Source: Pristiophorus japonicus (taxonomy: Eukaryota). Taken from it: 64,000 bases of DNA. The notes under the pieces are model-generated. The model was given only the letters and a program-made list of their open reading frames with translations. It had not been told where the DNA came from and searched no databases. Position 1 is the first letter of the stretch, and every line of letters begins with the position of its first letter. This document shows, in pieces, positions 35,609-49,702 of this stretch. Where the stretch lies: assembly GCF_044704955.1 (NCBI RefSeq), contig NC_091998.1, forward strand, positions 12,276,001 through 12,340,000. The letters are read 5' to 3'. The translations under genes and the position numbers were made by a program.

Positions 35609-38015
35609 TACAAGGGAGCGTAAACCACCAGAGAGACTCAACCTGTGATCCCAATAAGACTTTGTGGGGGGGAGGTGATGTCATGTATTCAACCAGCATT
35701 GTAACCCATGTATAAACTGACCTAAGTTGTACACTGTGAGAACACTGACCACTAGGTGGGAGCCACTCCTAACCTGGACCCTCAGGTATAAAAGGGGAAG
35801 CTCCACCCACCTTCATCACTTGAGTGCTAAGGAATAAAGGACAGGTCACAGACTGACCTTCTCTCAAGCATGGCCCTCGTGTGCATTTATACTGTGTAGT
35901 AAGGACGTATCACTTGGTTTTAACACTATCCTTAATTTCCCTTGTTAGCCACGGTTGAGCCACTTTCCCCGTTTTATTTTTACTCCAAACAGGGATGTAC
36001 AATTGCTGAAGTTCATCCATATGATCTTTAAATCTTTGCCATTGCTTATCCACCGTCAACCCTTTAAGTATCCTTTGCCAGTCTATTCTAGCTAATTCAC
36101 AAAGTTACCTTTCCTTTAGTTCAGGACCCTAGTTTCCAAATTAACTATGTCACTCTCCATCTTAATAAAGAATTCTACCATATTATGATCACTCTTCCCC
36201 AAGGGGACTCGCACAACAAGATTGCTAATTAGTCCCTTCTCATTACACATCACCCAGTCTTGGATGGCCAGCTCTCTAGTTGGTTCCTCGACATATTGGT
36301 TGAGAAAACCATCCCTAATACACTCCAGGAAATCCTCCTCCACCGCATTGCTACCAGTTTGGTTAGCCCAATCAATATGTAGATTAAAGTCGCCCATAAT
36401 AACTGCTGTACCTTTATTGCACACATCCCTTCTTTCTTGTTTGATGCTGTCCCCAACCTCACTACTACTGTTTGGTGGTCTGTACAACTCCCTCTAGTGT
36501 TTTCTGCCCTTTGGTATTCCGCAGCTCCACCCATACCGATTCCACATCATCCAGGCTAATGTCCCTCCTTACTATTTCCTCTTTAACCAGCAACGCCACC
36601 CCGCCTCCTTTTCCTCTCTGCCTATCCTTCCTAAATGTTAAATACCCCTGGATGTTGAGTTCCCAGCCTTGGTCACCCTGGAGCCATGTCTCCGTGATGC
36701 CAATTACATCATATCCGTTAACTGCTGTCTGCGCAGTTAATTCGTCCACCTTATTCCGAATACTCCTCGCATTGAGGCACAGAGCCTTCAGGCTTGTCTT
36801 TTTAACACACTTTGCCCCTTTAGAATTTTGCTGTAATGTGGCACGTTTTGCTTTTTGCCTTGGGTTTCTCTGCCCTCCACTTTTACTATTCTCCTTTCTA
36901 TCTTTTGCTTCTGCCTCCATTTTATTTCCCTCTGTCTCCCTGCATAGGTTCCCATCCTCCTGCCATGTTAGTTTAACTCCTCCCCAACACTCACCCCAGG
37001 ACATTGGTTCCGGTCCTGTCCAGGTGCAGACCGTCCGATTTCTACTGGTCCCACCTTCCCCAGAACCGGTTCCAATGTCCCAGGAATTTGAATCCCTCCC
37101 TTTTGCACCACTCCTCAAGCCACGTATTCATCTGAGCTACCTGTGATTCCTACTCTGACTAGCACGTGGCACTGGTAGCAATCCTGAGATTATTACTTTT
37201 GAGGTCCTACTTTTTAATTTAGCTCCTCACTCCCTAAATTCGTCTCGTAGGAATTCATCCCGTTTTTTACCTATATCGTTGGTACCTATGTGCACCACGG
37301 CAACTGGCTGTTCACCCTCCCTTTTCAGAAAGTCCTGCACCCGTTCCGAGACATCCTTGACCCTTGCACCAGGGAGGCAACATACTATCCTGGAGTCTCG
37401 GTTGTGGCCGCAGAAACGCCTATCTATTCCCCTTACAATCGAATCCCCTATCACTATATCTCTCCCACTCTTTTTTCTGTCCTCCTGTGCAGCAGAGCCA
37501 CCCACAGCTGCTGCTGCCCTCCCCTGATGAGTCATCCCCCTCAACAGTACCCAAAACGGTGTATCTGTTTTGCAGGGGGATGACCGCAGGGGACCCCTGC
37601 ACTACCTTCCTTGCACTACTCTTCCTGTTGGTCACCCATTTACTATTTGGCTGTGCCCTTTACCTGCGGTGAGACCAACTCGCTGAACGTGCTATTCATG
37701 TCATTCTCAGCATCGTGCATGTTCCAGAGTGAATCCACCCGCAGCTCCAGTGCCGCAATGCGGTCGCACACATAGTCGTCAGGGACACCGGAAAGCGTTT
37801 CTGACTTCCCACATAGTGCAGGAGGAGCATAACATGTGTCCGAGCTGTACTACCATGACTTAACCCCGAGATTAACTTAATTTGGCAACAACAATGCAAA
37901 ATGTTACTTGCTGATATAGAAAAGAAAAAGAAAAACTACTCACCAATCACCAGTCAATCACTTGCTCCCTTGGCTGTGACGTCACCTTTCGATTTCTTTC
38001 TACTTCTTTTTGCCA

Positions 38016-38190
38016 CCCTGCTGCAGCTTATAGGCCTCCGCCGATCCCCGGACTCCCTGTTGCTCACACTCCCGCCTCCCTGCTGCAGCTTATAGGCCTC
38101 CGCCGATCCCCGGACTCCCCGTTGCTCACACTCCCGCCTACCTGCTGCAGCTTATAGGTCTCCGCCAATCCCCGGACTCCCCACTGCTCG
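38016..38190 (-). repeat. Three copies of an about 61-bp CR1 5' monomer
   Basis: cctgctgcagcttataggcctccgccgatccccggactccc... repeated three times; GGCCTATAAG on the minus strand. Confidence 0.85.
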
Positions 38191-38472
38191 CGGGTCCTTT
38201 TCAGATTGGCAGGCAGTGACTAGTGGGGTACTGCAAGGTTCAGTGCTGGGACCCCAGCTATTTACAATATACATTAATGATTTAGCCAAAGGAATTGAAT
38301 GTACTATCGCCAAGTTTGCAGATGACAGTAAGCTGGGTGGCAGTGTGAGCTGTGAGGAGGATGCTACGAGGCTGCAGGTTGACTTGGACAGGTTAGGTGA
38401 GTGGGCAAATGCATGGCAGATGCAGTATAATGTGGATAAATGTGAGGTTATTCACTTTGGTGACAAAATCAG

Positions 38473-40319
38473 GAAACATAGAAACATAGAAACATAGAAA
38501 ATAGGTGCAGGAGTAGGCCATTCGGCCCTTCGAGCCTGCACCGCCATTCAATGAGTTCATGGCTGAACATTCAACTTCAGTACCCCATTCCTGCTTTCTC
38601 GCCATACCCCTTGATCCCCCTAGTAGTAAGGACCTCATCTAACTCCTTTTTGAATATATTTAGTGAATTGGCCTCAACAACTTTCTGTGGTAGAGAATTC
38701 CACAGGTTCACCACTCTCTGGGTGAAGAAGTTCCTCCGCATCTCGGTCCTAAATGGCTTACCCCTTATCCTCAGACTGTGACCCCTGGTTCTGGACTTCG
38801 CCAACATTGGGAACATTCTTCCTGCATCTAACCTGTCTAACCCCGTCAGAATTTTAAATGTTTCTATGAGGTCCCCTCTCATTCTTCTGAACTCCAGTGA
38901 ATACAAGCCCAGTTGATCCAGTCTTTCTTGATAGGTCAGTCCCACCATCCCAGGAATCAGTTTGGTGAACCTTCGCTGCACTCCCTCAATAGCAAGAATG
39001 TCCTTCCTCAGGTTAGGAGACCAAAACTGTACACAATACTCCAGGTGTGGCCTCACCAATGCCCTGTACAACTGTAGCAACACCTCCCTGCCCCTGTACT
39101 CAAATCCCCTTGCTATGAAGGCCAACATGCCATTTGCTTTCTTAACCGCCTGCTGCACCTGCATGCCAACCTTCAATGACTGATGTACCATGACACCCAG
39201 GTCTCTTTGCACCTCCCCTTTTCCTAATCTGTCACCATTCAGATAATAGTCTGTCTCTCTGTTTTTACCACCAAAGTGGATAACCTCACATTTATCCACA
39301 TTATACTTCATCTGCCATGCATTTGCCCACTCACCTAACCTATCCAAGTCGCTCTGCAGCCTCACAGCATCCTCCTCGCAGCTCACACTGCCACCCAACT
39401 TAGTGTCATCCGCAAATTTGGAGATACTACATTTAATCGCCTCATCTAAATCATTAATGTACAGTGTAAACAGCTGGGGCCCCAGCACAGAACCTTGCGG
39501 TACCCCACTAGTCACTGCCTGCCATTCTGAAAAGTACCCATTTACTCCTACTCTTTGCTTCCTGTCTGACAACCAGTTCTCAATCCATGTCAGTACACTA
39601 CCCCCAATCCCATGTGCTCTAACTTTGCACATCAATCTCTTGTGTGGGACCTTGTCGAACGCCTTCTGAAAGTCCAAATATACCACATCAACTGGTTCTC
39701 CCTTATCCACTCTACTGGAAACATCCTCAAAAAATTCCAGAAGATTTGTCAAGCATGATTTCCCTTTCACAAATCCATGCTGACTTGGACCTATCATGTC
39801 ACCTCTTTCCAAATGCACTGCTATGACATCCTTAATAATTGATTCCATCATTTTACCCACTACCGATGTCAGGCTGACCGGTCTATAATTCCCTGTTTTC
39901 TCTCTCCCTCCTTTTTTAAAAAGTGGGGTTACATTGGCTACCCTCCACTCCATAGGAACTGATCCAAAGTCAATGGAATGTTGGAAAATGACTGTCAACG
40001 CATCCACTATTTCCAAGGCCACCTCCTTAAGTACTCTGGGATGCAGTCCATCAGGCCCTGGGGATTTATCGGCCTTCAATCCCATCAATTTCCCCAACAC
40101 AATTTCCTGGCTAATAAGGATTTCCCTCAGTTCCTCCTCCTTACTAGACCCCCCGACCCCTTTTATAACCGGAAGGATGTTCGTGTCCTCCTTCGTGAAT
40201 ACCGAACCAAAGTACTTGTTCAATTGGTCCGCCATTTCTTTGTTCCCCGTTATGACTTCCCCTGATTCTGACTGCAGGGGACCTACGTTTGTCTTTACTA
40301 ACCTTTTTCTCTTTACATA
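38473..40319 (-). mobile_element. Young 5'-truncated CR1, family A, with an uninterrupted RT frame
   Basis: Open frame 40319-38577 nearly identical to ORF2 at 7500-9240; (GAAACATA)3 tail. Confidence 0.95.
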
Positions 40320-41652
40320 AGGCAGAATATTATCTGAATGGTGAAGATTAGGAAAAGAGGAGGTGCAGCGAGACCTGGGTGTCATGGTACATCAGTCATT
40401 GAAAGTTGGCATGCAGGTACAGCAGGTGGAGAGAAGGCAAATGGCATGTTGGCCTTCATAGCTAGGGGATTTGAGTATAGGAGCAAGGAGGTCTTACTGC
40501 AGTTGTACAGGGCCTTAGTGAGGCCAACCTTGAATATTGTGCACAGTTTTGGTCTCCTAATCTGAGGAAGGACATTCTTGCTATTGAGGGAGTGCAGCAA
40601 AGGTTCACCAGACTGATTCCCGGGATGGCAGGACTGACATATGAAGAAAGACTGGGTCAACTAGGCTTATATTCACTGGAATTTAGAAGAATTAGAGGGG
40701 ATCTCATTGAAACATATACAATTCTGACGGGATTGGACAGGTTAAATGCAGGAAGAATGTTCCCGATGTTAGGGAAGTCCAGAACCAGGGGTCACAGTCT
40801 AAGGGGTAGCCATTTAGGACTGAGATGAGGAGAAACTTCTTCACTTCGAGAATTGTGAACCTGTGGAATTCTCTACCACAGAAAGTTGTTGAGGCCAGTT
40901 CGTTAGATATATTCAAAAGGGAGTGAGATGTGGCCCTTACGGCTAAAGGGATCAAGGGGTGGGGAGAGAAAGCAGGAATGGGGTACTGAGGTTGTATGAT
41001 CAGCCATGATCATACTGAATAACGGTGCAGGCTCGAAGGGCTGAATGGCCTACTCCTGCACCTATTTTCTATGTTTCTATGTTGCTAAATATCCATGTGG
41101 AAGGAAGTTTCTCCCTCAGCGATACTGGCCAGATCGGCTTTTATATTAAGCTGAAAAAGCATAGACTTTGGGCTTTCTTTTGTTTGCATTTACAACCACA
41201 AGTCAAGGAGACATTGTTTATACTACTACAGCCGGATCAGAGTGCAGGAACGTGAGGCCTCCAAAAGGAAAAGGAGCTCTCTATTCATGACTCTCTAATT
41301 TTTACTCAAAACCCTTGAATTGTCCATTAGTTAAATAACTGCGTGTCTGCATGTTAATGAAATTAGAATTGTGCATTGCATTTCAATCTCTAACATCTTC
41401 GCTGAAGCCTCACCATGTCAGTTTGAGAATTTGAATTCAGTCTTAAAGATCTGGAAATAAAAAACTGGTATCAGTAAAAGTGACCAGTAAAAGACAGCGT
41501 CCTTTGACATTGCACCAGCCTCAGTACTACACTCTTGAAACATCAGCTTGAACTATGTGCTCAATCCCAAAGTGGGGATTATACCTTAAACCTGGATCAG
41601 AGGCGCTACCAAATGAACTTATGTTTCTTGGAGGAGGGGTGTTAAAAAGGTT

Positions 41653-44600
41653 CATAGAACATAGAAACATAGAAAATAGGTGCAGGAGTAGGCCATTCGG
41701 CCCTTCGAGCCTGCACCGCCATTCAATAAGATCATGGCTGATCATTCCTTAAGTACCCCTTTTCTGCTTTCTCTCCATACCCCTTGATCCCCTTAACTGT
41801 AAGGGCCATATCTAACTCCCTCTTGAATCTATCCAATGAACTGGCATCAACAACTCTCTGCGGCAGGGAATTCCACAGGTTAACAACTCTCTGAGTAAAG
41901 AAGTTTCTCCTCATCTCAGTCCTAAATGGCCTACCCCTTATCCTAAGACTATGTCCCCTGGTTCTGGACTTCCCCAACATCGGGAACATTCCACCCGGAT
42001 CTAACCTGTTCAGTCCTGTCAGAATCTTATATGTTTCTATGAGATCCCCTCTCATCCTTCTAAACGCCCAGTAAATAAAGGCCCAGTTGATCCAGTCTCT
42101 CCTCATATGACAGCCCAGCCATCCCTGGAATCAGTCTGGTGGACCTTCGCTGCACTCCCTCAATAGCAAGAAACTCCTTCCTCAGACTAGGAGACCAAAA
42201 CTGAACACAATATTCCAGGTGAGGCCTCACTAAGGCCCTGTACAACTGCAGTAAGACCTCCCTGCTCCTATATTCAAATCCCCTAGCTATGAAGGCCAAC
42301 ATACCATTTGCCTTCTTTACCGCCTGCTGTATCTGCGTGCCCACCTACAGTGACTGATGAACCATGACACCCAGGTCTCGTTGCACCTACCCATTTTCTA
42401 ATCTGCCGCCATTCAGATAATATTCTGCCTTCGTGTTTTTGCCCCCAAAATGGATAACCTCACATTTATCCACATTATACTGCATCTGCCATGCATTTGC
42501 CCACTCACCTACCCTGTCCACGTCACCCTGCAGCCTCTTAGCGTCCTCCTCACAGCTCACACCGCCACCCAGTTTAGTGTTATCCGCAAACTTGGAGATA
42601 TTACACTCTATTCCTTCATCCAAATCATTAATGTATATTGTGAAGAGCTTTGGCCCCAGCACTGAGCCCAGTGGCACCCCACTAGTCACTGCCTGCCATT
42701 CTGAAAAGGACCCATTTATCCCGACTGTCTGCTTTCTGTCTGCCAACCAGTTTTCTATCCACGCCAGTACATTACCCCCAATACCATGCGCTTTGATTTT
42801 GCACACGAATCTCTTGTGCGGGACCTCATCAAAAGCCTTTTGAAAATCCAAATACACCACATCCACTGGTTCTCCCTTGTCCACTCTGCTAGTTACATCC
42901 TCAAAAAATTGCAGAAGATTCGTCAAGCATGATTTCCCTTTCATAAATCCATGCTGACTTGGTCCGATCCTGTCACTGCTTTCCAAATGCGCTGCTATTT
43001 CATCCTTAATGATTGATTCCAACATTTTCTCCACTACTGATGTCAGGCTAACCGGTCTATAATTACCCGTTTTTTCTCCCTCCTTTTTTAAAAAGTGGTG
43101 TTACATTAGCAATCCTCCAGTCCATAGGAACTGATCTAAGAGTCGATAGACTGTTGTAAAATGGTCACCAATCCATCCACTATTTCTAGGGTCACTTCCT
43201 TAAATACTCTGGGATGCAGACTATCATGCCCCGGGGATTTATCGGCCTTTAATCCCATCAATTTCCCCAAAACAATTTCCTGCCTAATAAGGATATCTTT
43301 CAGTTCCTCCTTCTCACTAGACCCACTGTCCCCTAGTACTTCCGGAAGGTTATTTGTATCTGCCTTTGTGAAGACAGAACCGAAGTATTGGTTCAAATGG
43401 TCTGCCATTTCTTTGTTCCCCATTATAAATTCACCTGAATCCAACTGCATGGGACCGACGTTTGCCTTTACTAATCTTTTTCTCTTCATATATTTATAGA
43501 AGCTTTTGCAGTCAGTTTTTATGTTCCCTGCAAGCTTCCTCTCGTACTCTATTTTGCCCCTCTTAATTAAACCCTTATTCCTCCTCTGTTGAATTCTAAA
43601 TTTCTCCCAGTTTTCCAGTTTGTTGCTTTTTTTAGCCAATTTATATGCCTCTTCCTTGGTTTTAACACTATCCTTAATTTCCCTTGTTAGCCATGGTTGA
43701 GCCACCTTCCCAGTTTTATTTTTACTCCAGACAGGGATGTACAATTGTTGAAGTTCATCCATGTGATATTTAAATCTTTGCCATTGCTTATCCACCGTCA
43801 ATCCTTTAAGTATCCCCTGACAGTCTATTCTAGCCAATTCATGCCTCATACCGTCGAAGTTACCTTTCCTTAAGTTCAGGACCTAGTTTCCGAACTAACT
43901 TTATCACTCTCCATCTTAATAAGGAATTCTACCATATTATGGTCACTTTTCCCCAAGGGGCCTCGCACAACAAGATTGCTAATTAATCCCTTCTCATTAC
44001 ACATCACCCAGTCTAGGATGGCCAGCTCCCTGGTTGGTTCCTCGACATATTGGTCTGGAAAACCATCCCTTATACACTCCAGGAAATCCTCCTCCACTGC
44101 ATTGCTACCAGTTTGGTTAGCCCAATCAATATGTAGATTAACTGCTATACCTTTATTGGACACATCCCTTATTTCTTGTTTGATGCTGTCCCCAACCTCA
44201 CTACTACTGTTTGGTGGTCTGTACACAACTCCCACTGGCGTTTTCTGCCCTTTGGAATTCCGCAGCTCCACCCATATCGATTCCACTTCATCCAGGCTAA
44301 TGTCCTTCCTTACAATTGCATTAATTTCCTCTTTAATCAGCAACGCCACCCCGCCTCCTTTTCCTTTCTGTCTATATCCTTCCTAAATGCTGAATACCCC
44401 TGGATGTTGAGATCCCAGCCTTGGTCCCCCTGGAGCCATGTCTCCGTGATGCCAATCACATCGTATCTGTTAACTGCTATCTGCGCAGTTAATTCATTCA
44501 CCTTATTCCGAATACTCCTCGCATTGAGGCACAGTGCCTTCAGGCTTGTCTTTTTAACACACTTTGCCCCTTTTGAATCTTGCTGTAATGTGGCCCGTTT

Positions 44601-46005
44601 TGCTTTTTGTCTTGGGTTTCTCTGCCCTCTACTTTTACTATTCTTCTTTCTATCTTTTGCTTCTGCCCCCTTCTATTTCCCTCTGTCTCCCTGCATAGGT
44701 TTCCATCCCCCTGCCACATTAGTTTAACTCCTCCCCAACAGCACTAGCAAACACTCCTCCAAGGACATTGGTTCCGATCCTGCCCAGGTGCAGAACGTCC
44801 CGGTTTGTACTGGTCCCACCTGCCCCAAACCGGTTCCAATGTCCCAGGAATTTGAATCCCTCCCTTCTGCACCAGTCCTCAAGCCACATATTCATCTGAG
44901 CTATCCTGCGATTCCTACTCTGACTAGCACGTGGCACTGGTAGCAATCCTGAGATTACTACCTTTGAGGTACTTTTTAATTTAACTCCTAGCTCTCTAAA
45001 TTCGTCTCGTAGGACCTCATCCCGTTTTTTTACCTATATCGTTAGTACCTATGTGCACCACGACAACCGGCTGTTCACCCTCCCTTTTCAGAATGTCCTG
45101 CACCCGCTCCGAGACATCCTTGACCCTTGCACCAGGGAGGCAACATACCATCCTGGAGTCTCGGTTGCGGCTGGAAACGCCTATCTATTCCCCTTACAAT
45201 TGAATCCCCTATCACTATCGCTCTCCCACTCTTTTTCCTGCCCTCCTGTGCAGCAGAGCCAGCCACGGTGCCATGAACTTGTCTGTCGCTGCTCTCCCCT
45301 GATGAGTCATCCCCCTCAACAGTACTCAAAGCAGTGTATCTGTTTTGCAGGGGGATGTCCGCAGGGGACCCCTGCACTACCTTCCTTGCACTGCTCTTCC
45401 TGTTGGTCATCCATTCCCAATCTGGCTGTGGACCCTTTACCTGCGGTATGACCAACTCGCTAAATGTGCTATTCACGTCATTCTCAGCATCATGCATGCT
45501 CCAGAGTGAATCCACCCGCAGCTCCAGTTCCGCAATGCAGTCTGTCAGGAGCTGGAGGCGGACACACTTCCTGCACACATAGTTGTCAGGGACACTGGAA
45601 GCGTCCCTAACTTCCCACATAGTACAGCAGGAGCATAACATGTGTCCGAGCTCTCCTGCCATGACTTAACCCTTAGATACACTTAAATTGGCAACAATAA
45701 TGCTAAAAGTTACTTACTGATATAAAAAAGAAAAAGAAAAACTACTCACAAATCACCAGCCAATCACTTACCCCCTTGGCTGTGACGTCACCTTTTGATT
45801 TCTCTCTAGTTCTTTCTTTCCTCCCTGCTGCAGCTGTACAAGCCACGCCTCCTCGACCCTGGACTCGTGCTGCCCAACTGCCCGAACTCCTCCTCCGATG
45901 AGCCTTTATAGGCCTCTCCGACCCCGGACTCGCACTGACCGAGTGCCCGAACTCCTCCTCCGACGAGCCTTTATAGGCCTCTCCGACTCCGGACTCGCAC
46001 TGACC
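41653..46005 (-). mobile_element. Full-length degenerate CR1
   Basis: ORF1 45662-44719 (frameshifted), ORF2 pieces 44720-41750, two 63-bp 5' monomers at 45880-46005, tail at 41653-41677. Confidence 0.93.
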
Positions 46006-46224
46006 AACTCATTTAGAAGGCAGGGACTGAATTCCGTAAGTGCTATCAATTCACAGATCAGTGTTTCTAACAGTAACACAAGCAGTAACCGCAAGGCTCA
46101 GAAACTAAGGCAGAGATTTTGCGGAGGGGTTAGGGGTGACAGGTCGGGTGGGAAAGTGTTTTCGCTCCCCAGCGGGTCGGGACCCCGCTGTGAATATGTC
46201 GCCACGTGCGTCTTTCCTCGATGC

Positions 46225-46697
46225 ACTGGAGGCAGTTCAGAGAATGTTCACGAGATAGATTCCTGAGATGAAGGGGTTGACTTATGAAGAAAGTTCAAGC
46301 AGGTTGGGCTTATACTCATTGGAGTTTAGAAGAATGAGAGGTGATCTTACTGAAACATATAAGATACTGAGGGGGGGGGGCTTGACAAGGTAGATGCAGA
46401 GAGGATGCTTCCCCTCGCGGGGGAATCTCGAACTAGGGGGCATAGTTTAAGAATAAGGGGTCGCCCATTTAGAACTGAGATGAGGAGGAATTTCTTCTCT
46501 GAGGGTCGCGTAAATCTTTGGAATTATCGGCCCCAGAGAGCTGTGGAAGCTGGGTCATTGAATATATTTAAGGTGGAGATAGACAGATTTTTGAACGATA
46601 AAGGAGTGAAGGGTTATGGGGAGCGGGCAGGAAAGTGGAGCTGAGCCCAGGATCAGATGAGCCATTATCTTATTGAATGGCAGAGCAGGCTCGAGGG
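46225..46697 (+). mobile_element. CR1 3' fragment
   Basis: SRTRGHSLRIRGRPFRTEMRRNFF motif and start of the 3' UTR. Confidence 0.88.
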
Positions 46698-48329
46698 CTC
46701 CCACCCCCCCCGGGATTGGACCACACTCGTATCGGCTCCACCGCTCCCCCACCGCCCCCGCCCCGGTCATGATCGAGCCCACCGTGGTGTCAGGGGTCGG
46801 ACCTCCATTCCCCCCCACCCGGCTCCCAGTAGCAGCTGCAGTCTCTCTACCTGCTCCAGTGTCCTCCCTGCCTGGCTGGAAACCATCCTTCCAATCAGGC
46901 TGTCTTTCGGGCGAGGAACCTGTCAAGGAGAAAGTTGCACAGCTCCGCAGATTTCTGAATTTCCAATCCCAAACTCCACCACCCCCTTCCTCCGCCTACA
47001 CAACCAATCAATATGGGACCATAATATTGTAATGGAACATGTAAGGCAATAGTACCCCATATCTCTGTGCTTCAGCCCCTCCTCTTTAGTCTGAGGTTTG
47101 CCCTTGGGGGCAAATGCTGTTCCATTGTATTGTAACAACAGCAGTCATGAACCACAATGGCTAGAAACGAGTCCAGGATCCGGATACCTAGCCTTGTGCC
47201 AAAGGATCCGCGATGATTTTGCCGGGGGGTGGAGCCTCTGCATGCTCTTACAGGGGCATCATGAGCTTGGGCTGTGGGCGGGAGTCTTAACATTCCCTGC
47301 ACCATAGGCATACAATGGGACCGAGCGAATGGTCACGGTCGGTCCGTCTGGTGATACCAACCAACCAAGGGGTGAATATGGGAACCATGTGGTAGTCCCA
47401 GCATGCATCTGTCCTGGAAGCCAAAGAGGAATTTAATATTGTTGCAAAAAATGTTTTTTTGATATGGCCAAGAGGTTTGCAGGGGTGTGCAGTGAAATCA
47501 TCTTTGTGGACGGAGGGACAAATGCTCTGGCCAGGGTGGCTCACCTCTGCTATTTTCTGCCTTGGGTACAATGGTGGACACCCATGCTGCATCCCTCGTG
47601 TCATGAGCGCCCACTAATGCCAGGCAGATGAAGGGACCCTCCCCCCCCCCCGCACCCCCTCTCCGACCCATGAACTTTGGCAGGGTTAGCGGCAGAGGTC
47701 CAGTGGCAGGGATCGCTACTGAGCATGTAAATTAAGAACAAGGCCCGTCTCTCGCCCCCCACCCCCACCCCCCCCCCCCCCCCAGCTAACTTTCCTTAAC
47801 TCAAGAATGCTGAGTGTTGCTCCGGCTGAGATCCATGTGAAGCACGAGTTCGCAAATTCAGGATAGCTCTCAGAGCAATGCAATCTCAGCTAACTCTGTT
47901 CAAATTCACAAGACATACCAAACTAAAACCGTCCTTATGTTGATCCAGTTCTGACGCCCCAACGTGTGAGTCTCACACTGCACCCGGCAACACCAAAGCC
48001 GGCAACCGGGAAACCTGCTTTTCTACTTATAGAATCATACAGCACAGAAGGGGGCCATTCAGCTCTTCATGCCCATGCCAGCTCTTTGAAGATGCTATCC
48101 AATTAGTCCCACTGCTCCTGCTCTTTCCTCATAGCCCTACACATTTTCTCCCCTTATATATAGTAGAAATTATATATTATCCAATTATATATTATTCAAT
48201 GTGGAGTACACCCTCTCTCCTAGTGCTTACCCAATCCCAGGCAGCTTTGGTCCAAGATTGGCATGAGCCAAGGCTTAGACACCTCTAACTGTGTCCAAAT
48301 GTACGGCTGCAGTTCAGCCTGCTCAAACC

Positions 48330-48558
48330 TCATCATCATAGGCAGTCCCTCGGAGTCGAGAACGACTTGCTTCCACTCTTAAAATGAGTCCTTAGGTGGC
48401 TGAACAGTCCAATACGAGGACCACAGTCCCTGTCACAAAGTGGGACAGCTAGTCGTAGAGGGAAAGGGTGAGTGGGACAGGTTTGCCGCACGCTTTTTCC
48501 GCTGCCTGCGCTTGATTTCTTCATGCTCTCGGCGATGAGACTCGAGGTGCTCAGCGCT
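48330..48558 (-). mobile_element. RTE LINE 3' fragment
   Basis: Homologous to 22084-22320; CDRDCGPRIGLFSHLRTH C2H2-like end. Confidence 0.85.
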
Positions 48559-48736
48559 GCAGTATGATATGCACTGAAATCCAAATTCTACCATACCTTG
48601 TAGTAGAGCAACATCTACTGAGGAATACAGCTCCTAGCAAGCATTTACGTCTTTCAAATATATCCACGTGATGGCAATTGGACTGCATGTGCTCAATAAA
48701 AATTTCCCCAATTCAATTAACAGGAATTTCTTAAAA

Positions 48737-49162
48737 AGACTTGTATTTCTATAGCGACTTTCATGACCTCAGGACGTCCCAAAGCACTTTACAGCCAATG
48801 AAGTACTTTTAAATTGTAGTCACTGTTATAATGTGGGAAATGTACACAGCAAGCTCCCACAAACAGAAATGACCAGATCATCTGTTTTTTTGTGATGCTG
48901 ATTGAGGGATAAATATTGTTGAGGACACCAGGTAGAATTGCACTGTTATTCTTTGAAATAGTACCATGGATCTTTTACGTCCACCTGAGAGAGCAGACGG
49001 GGTTTAATGTCTCATTTGAAAGACGGCACTTCCAACAGTACAGCACTCCCTCAGCACTGCACTGGAGTGTCAGCCTAGATTTTTGTGCTCAAATCTCTGG
49101 AGTGGGACTGGAACCCACAACCTTCTGACTCAGAGGCGAGAGTGCTACCTGCTGAGCCACGA
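48737..49162 (-). mobile_element. Deu-domain SINE, near full length
   Basis: tRNA-like head at 49100-49160, core and tail. Confidence 0.85.
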
Positions 49163-49702
49163 CTAAATGCCACATGGATGTAGCTCAAAGTTCTTTGAGT
49201 AGCATACTAGCTGCAAGTCCTGAGTCGGGAGGGGGAGGGGGTGAAATGCAATGTAACTTTCTACTCAAGCCAACGTTAGTTGAGTCCGGTGTCAGCCCAA
49301 TAAATCATTGCTGCAGCGATTGCGTAGGGCTGTTTTATGGCTAACCTTGTGCCATTTAAAGGAGATGCAACAAATGGTTTGTTTATTCAGTACTTCCCTC
49401 CCTCAACTTAAGGCAGCATGTCTGTGTGAAATGGAGAAAATTTCAATAATTATAGGCTTGCAGTGCAACTCTCCGCAACACAAAGCAGAAACGAAAGCTA
49501 AACAAAATCCTTTCCAGTTCCAGTGCCAAATACACAACTATTACAAAATCCACCAACCTTTATGTGCATTTGATACCATTCATTACAGCAAAGAGTATAT
49601 CTACCAATCATGCACTCTCAGGAGGGAGCTATGCTTCAAGGGAACGTTAGTTGGAGAATTGGTGCTGCACTGTTGTAGCCCTATCTCTAGCCTGTGGTCC
49701 CT

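Larger units (their letters stand above)
29244..35912 (+). mobile_element. Ty3/Gypsy (Mag-like) LTR retrotransposon with both LTRs
   Basis: 234-bp TG...CA LTRs (29244-29477, 35679-35912; 9 mismatches by eye), TSD CTTGG (29239-29243, 35913-35917), PBS TGGCGAC at 29479 (tRNA-Ser-like), PPT at 35666-35678. Confidence 0.96.
27256..38190 (-). mobile_element. Full-length degenerate CR1 split by the Gypsy insertion
   Basis: Tail at 27256, ORF2 pieces 27330-29243 and 35913-36970, ORF1 remains 36970-37856, 5' monomer array 38016-38190. Confidence 0.92.
26960..41082 (+). mobile_element. 5'-truncated CR1, outermost host of nest 2; pieces 26960-27258, 38191-38475 and 40319-41082
   Basis: RT reading is colinear across both junctions: RKQRVG | GSFSDWQAVTSG and HFGDKIRK | AEYYLNG; ends in a (TTTCTATG) tail. 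Confidence 0.88.

Noticed and set aside
40320-40385. Novel N-terminus on the 602-aa RT ORF
   Set aside because: The first 22 codons are the antisense of the flanking host CR1, read through a 5'-truncation junction.
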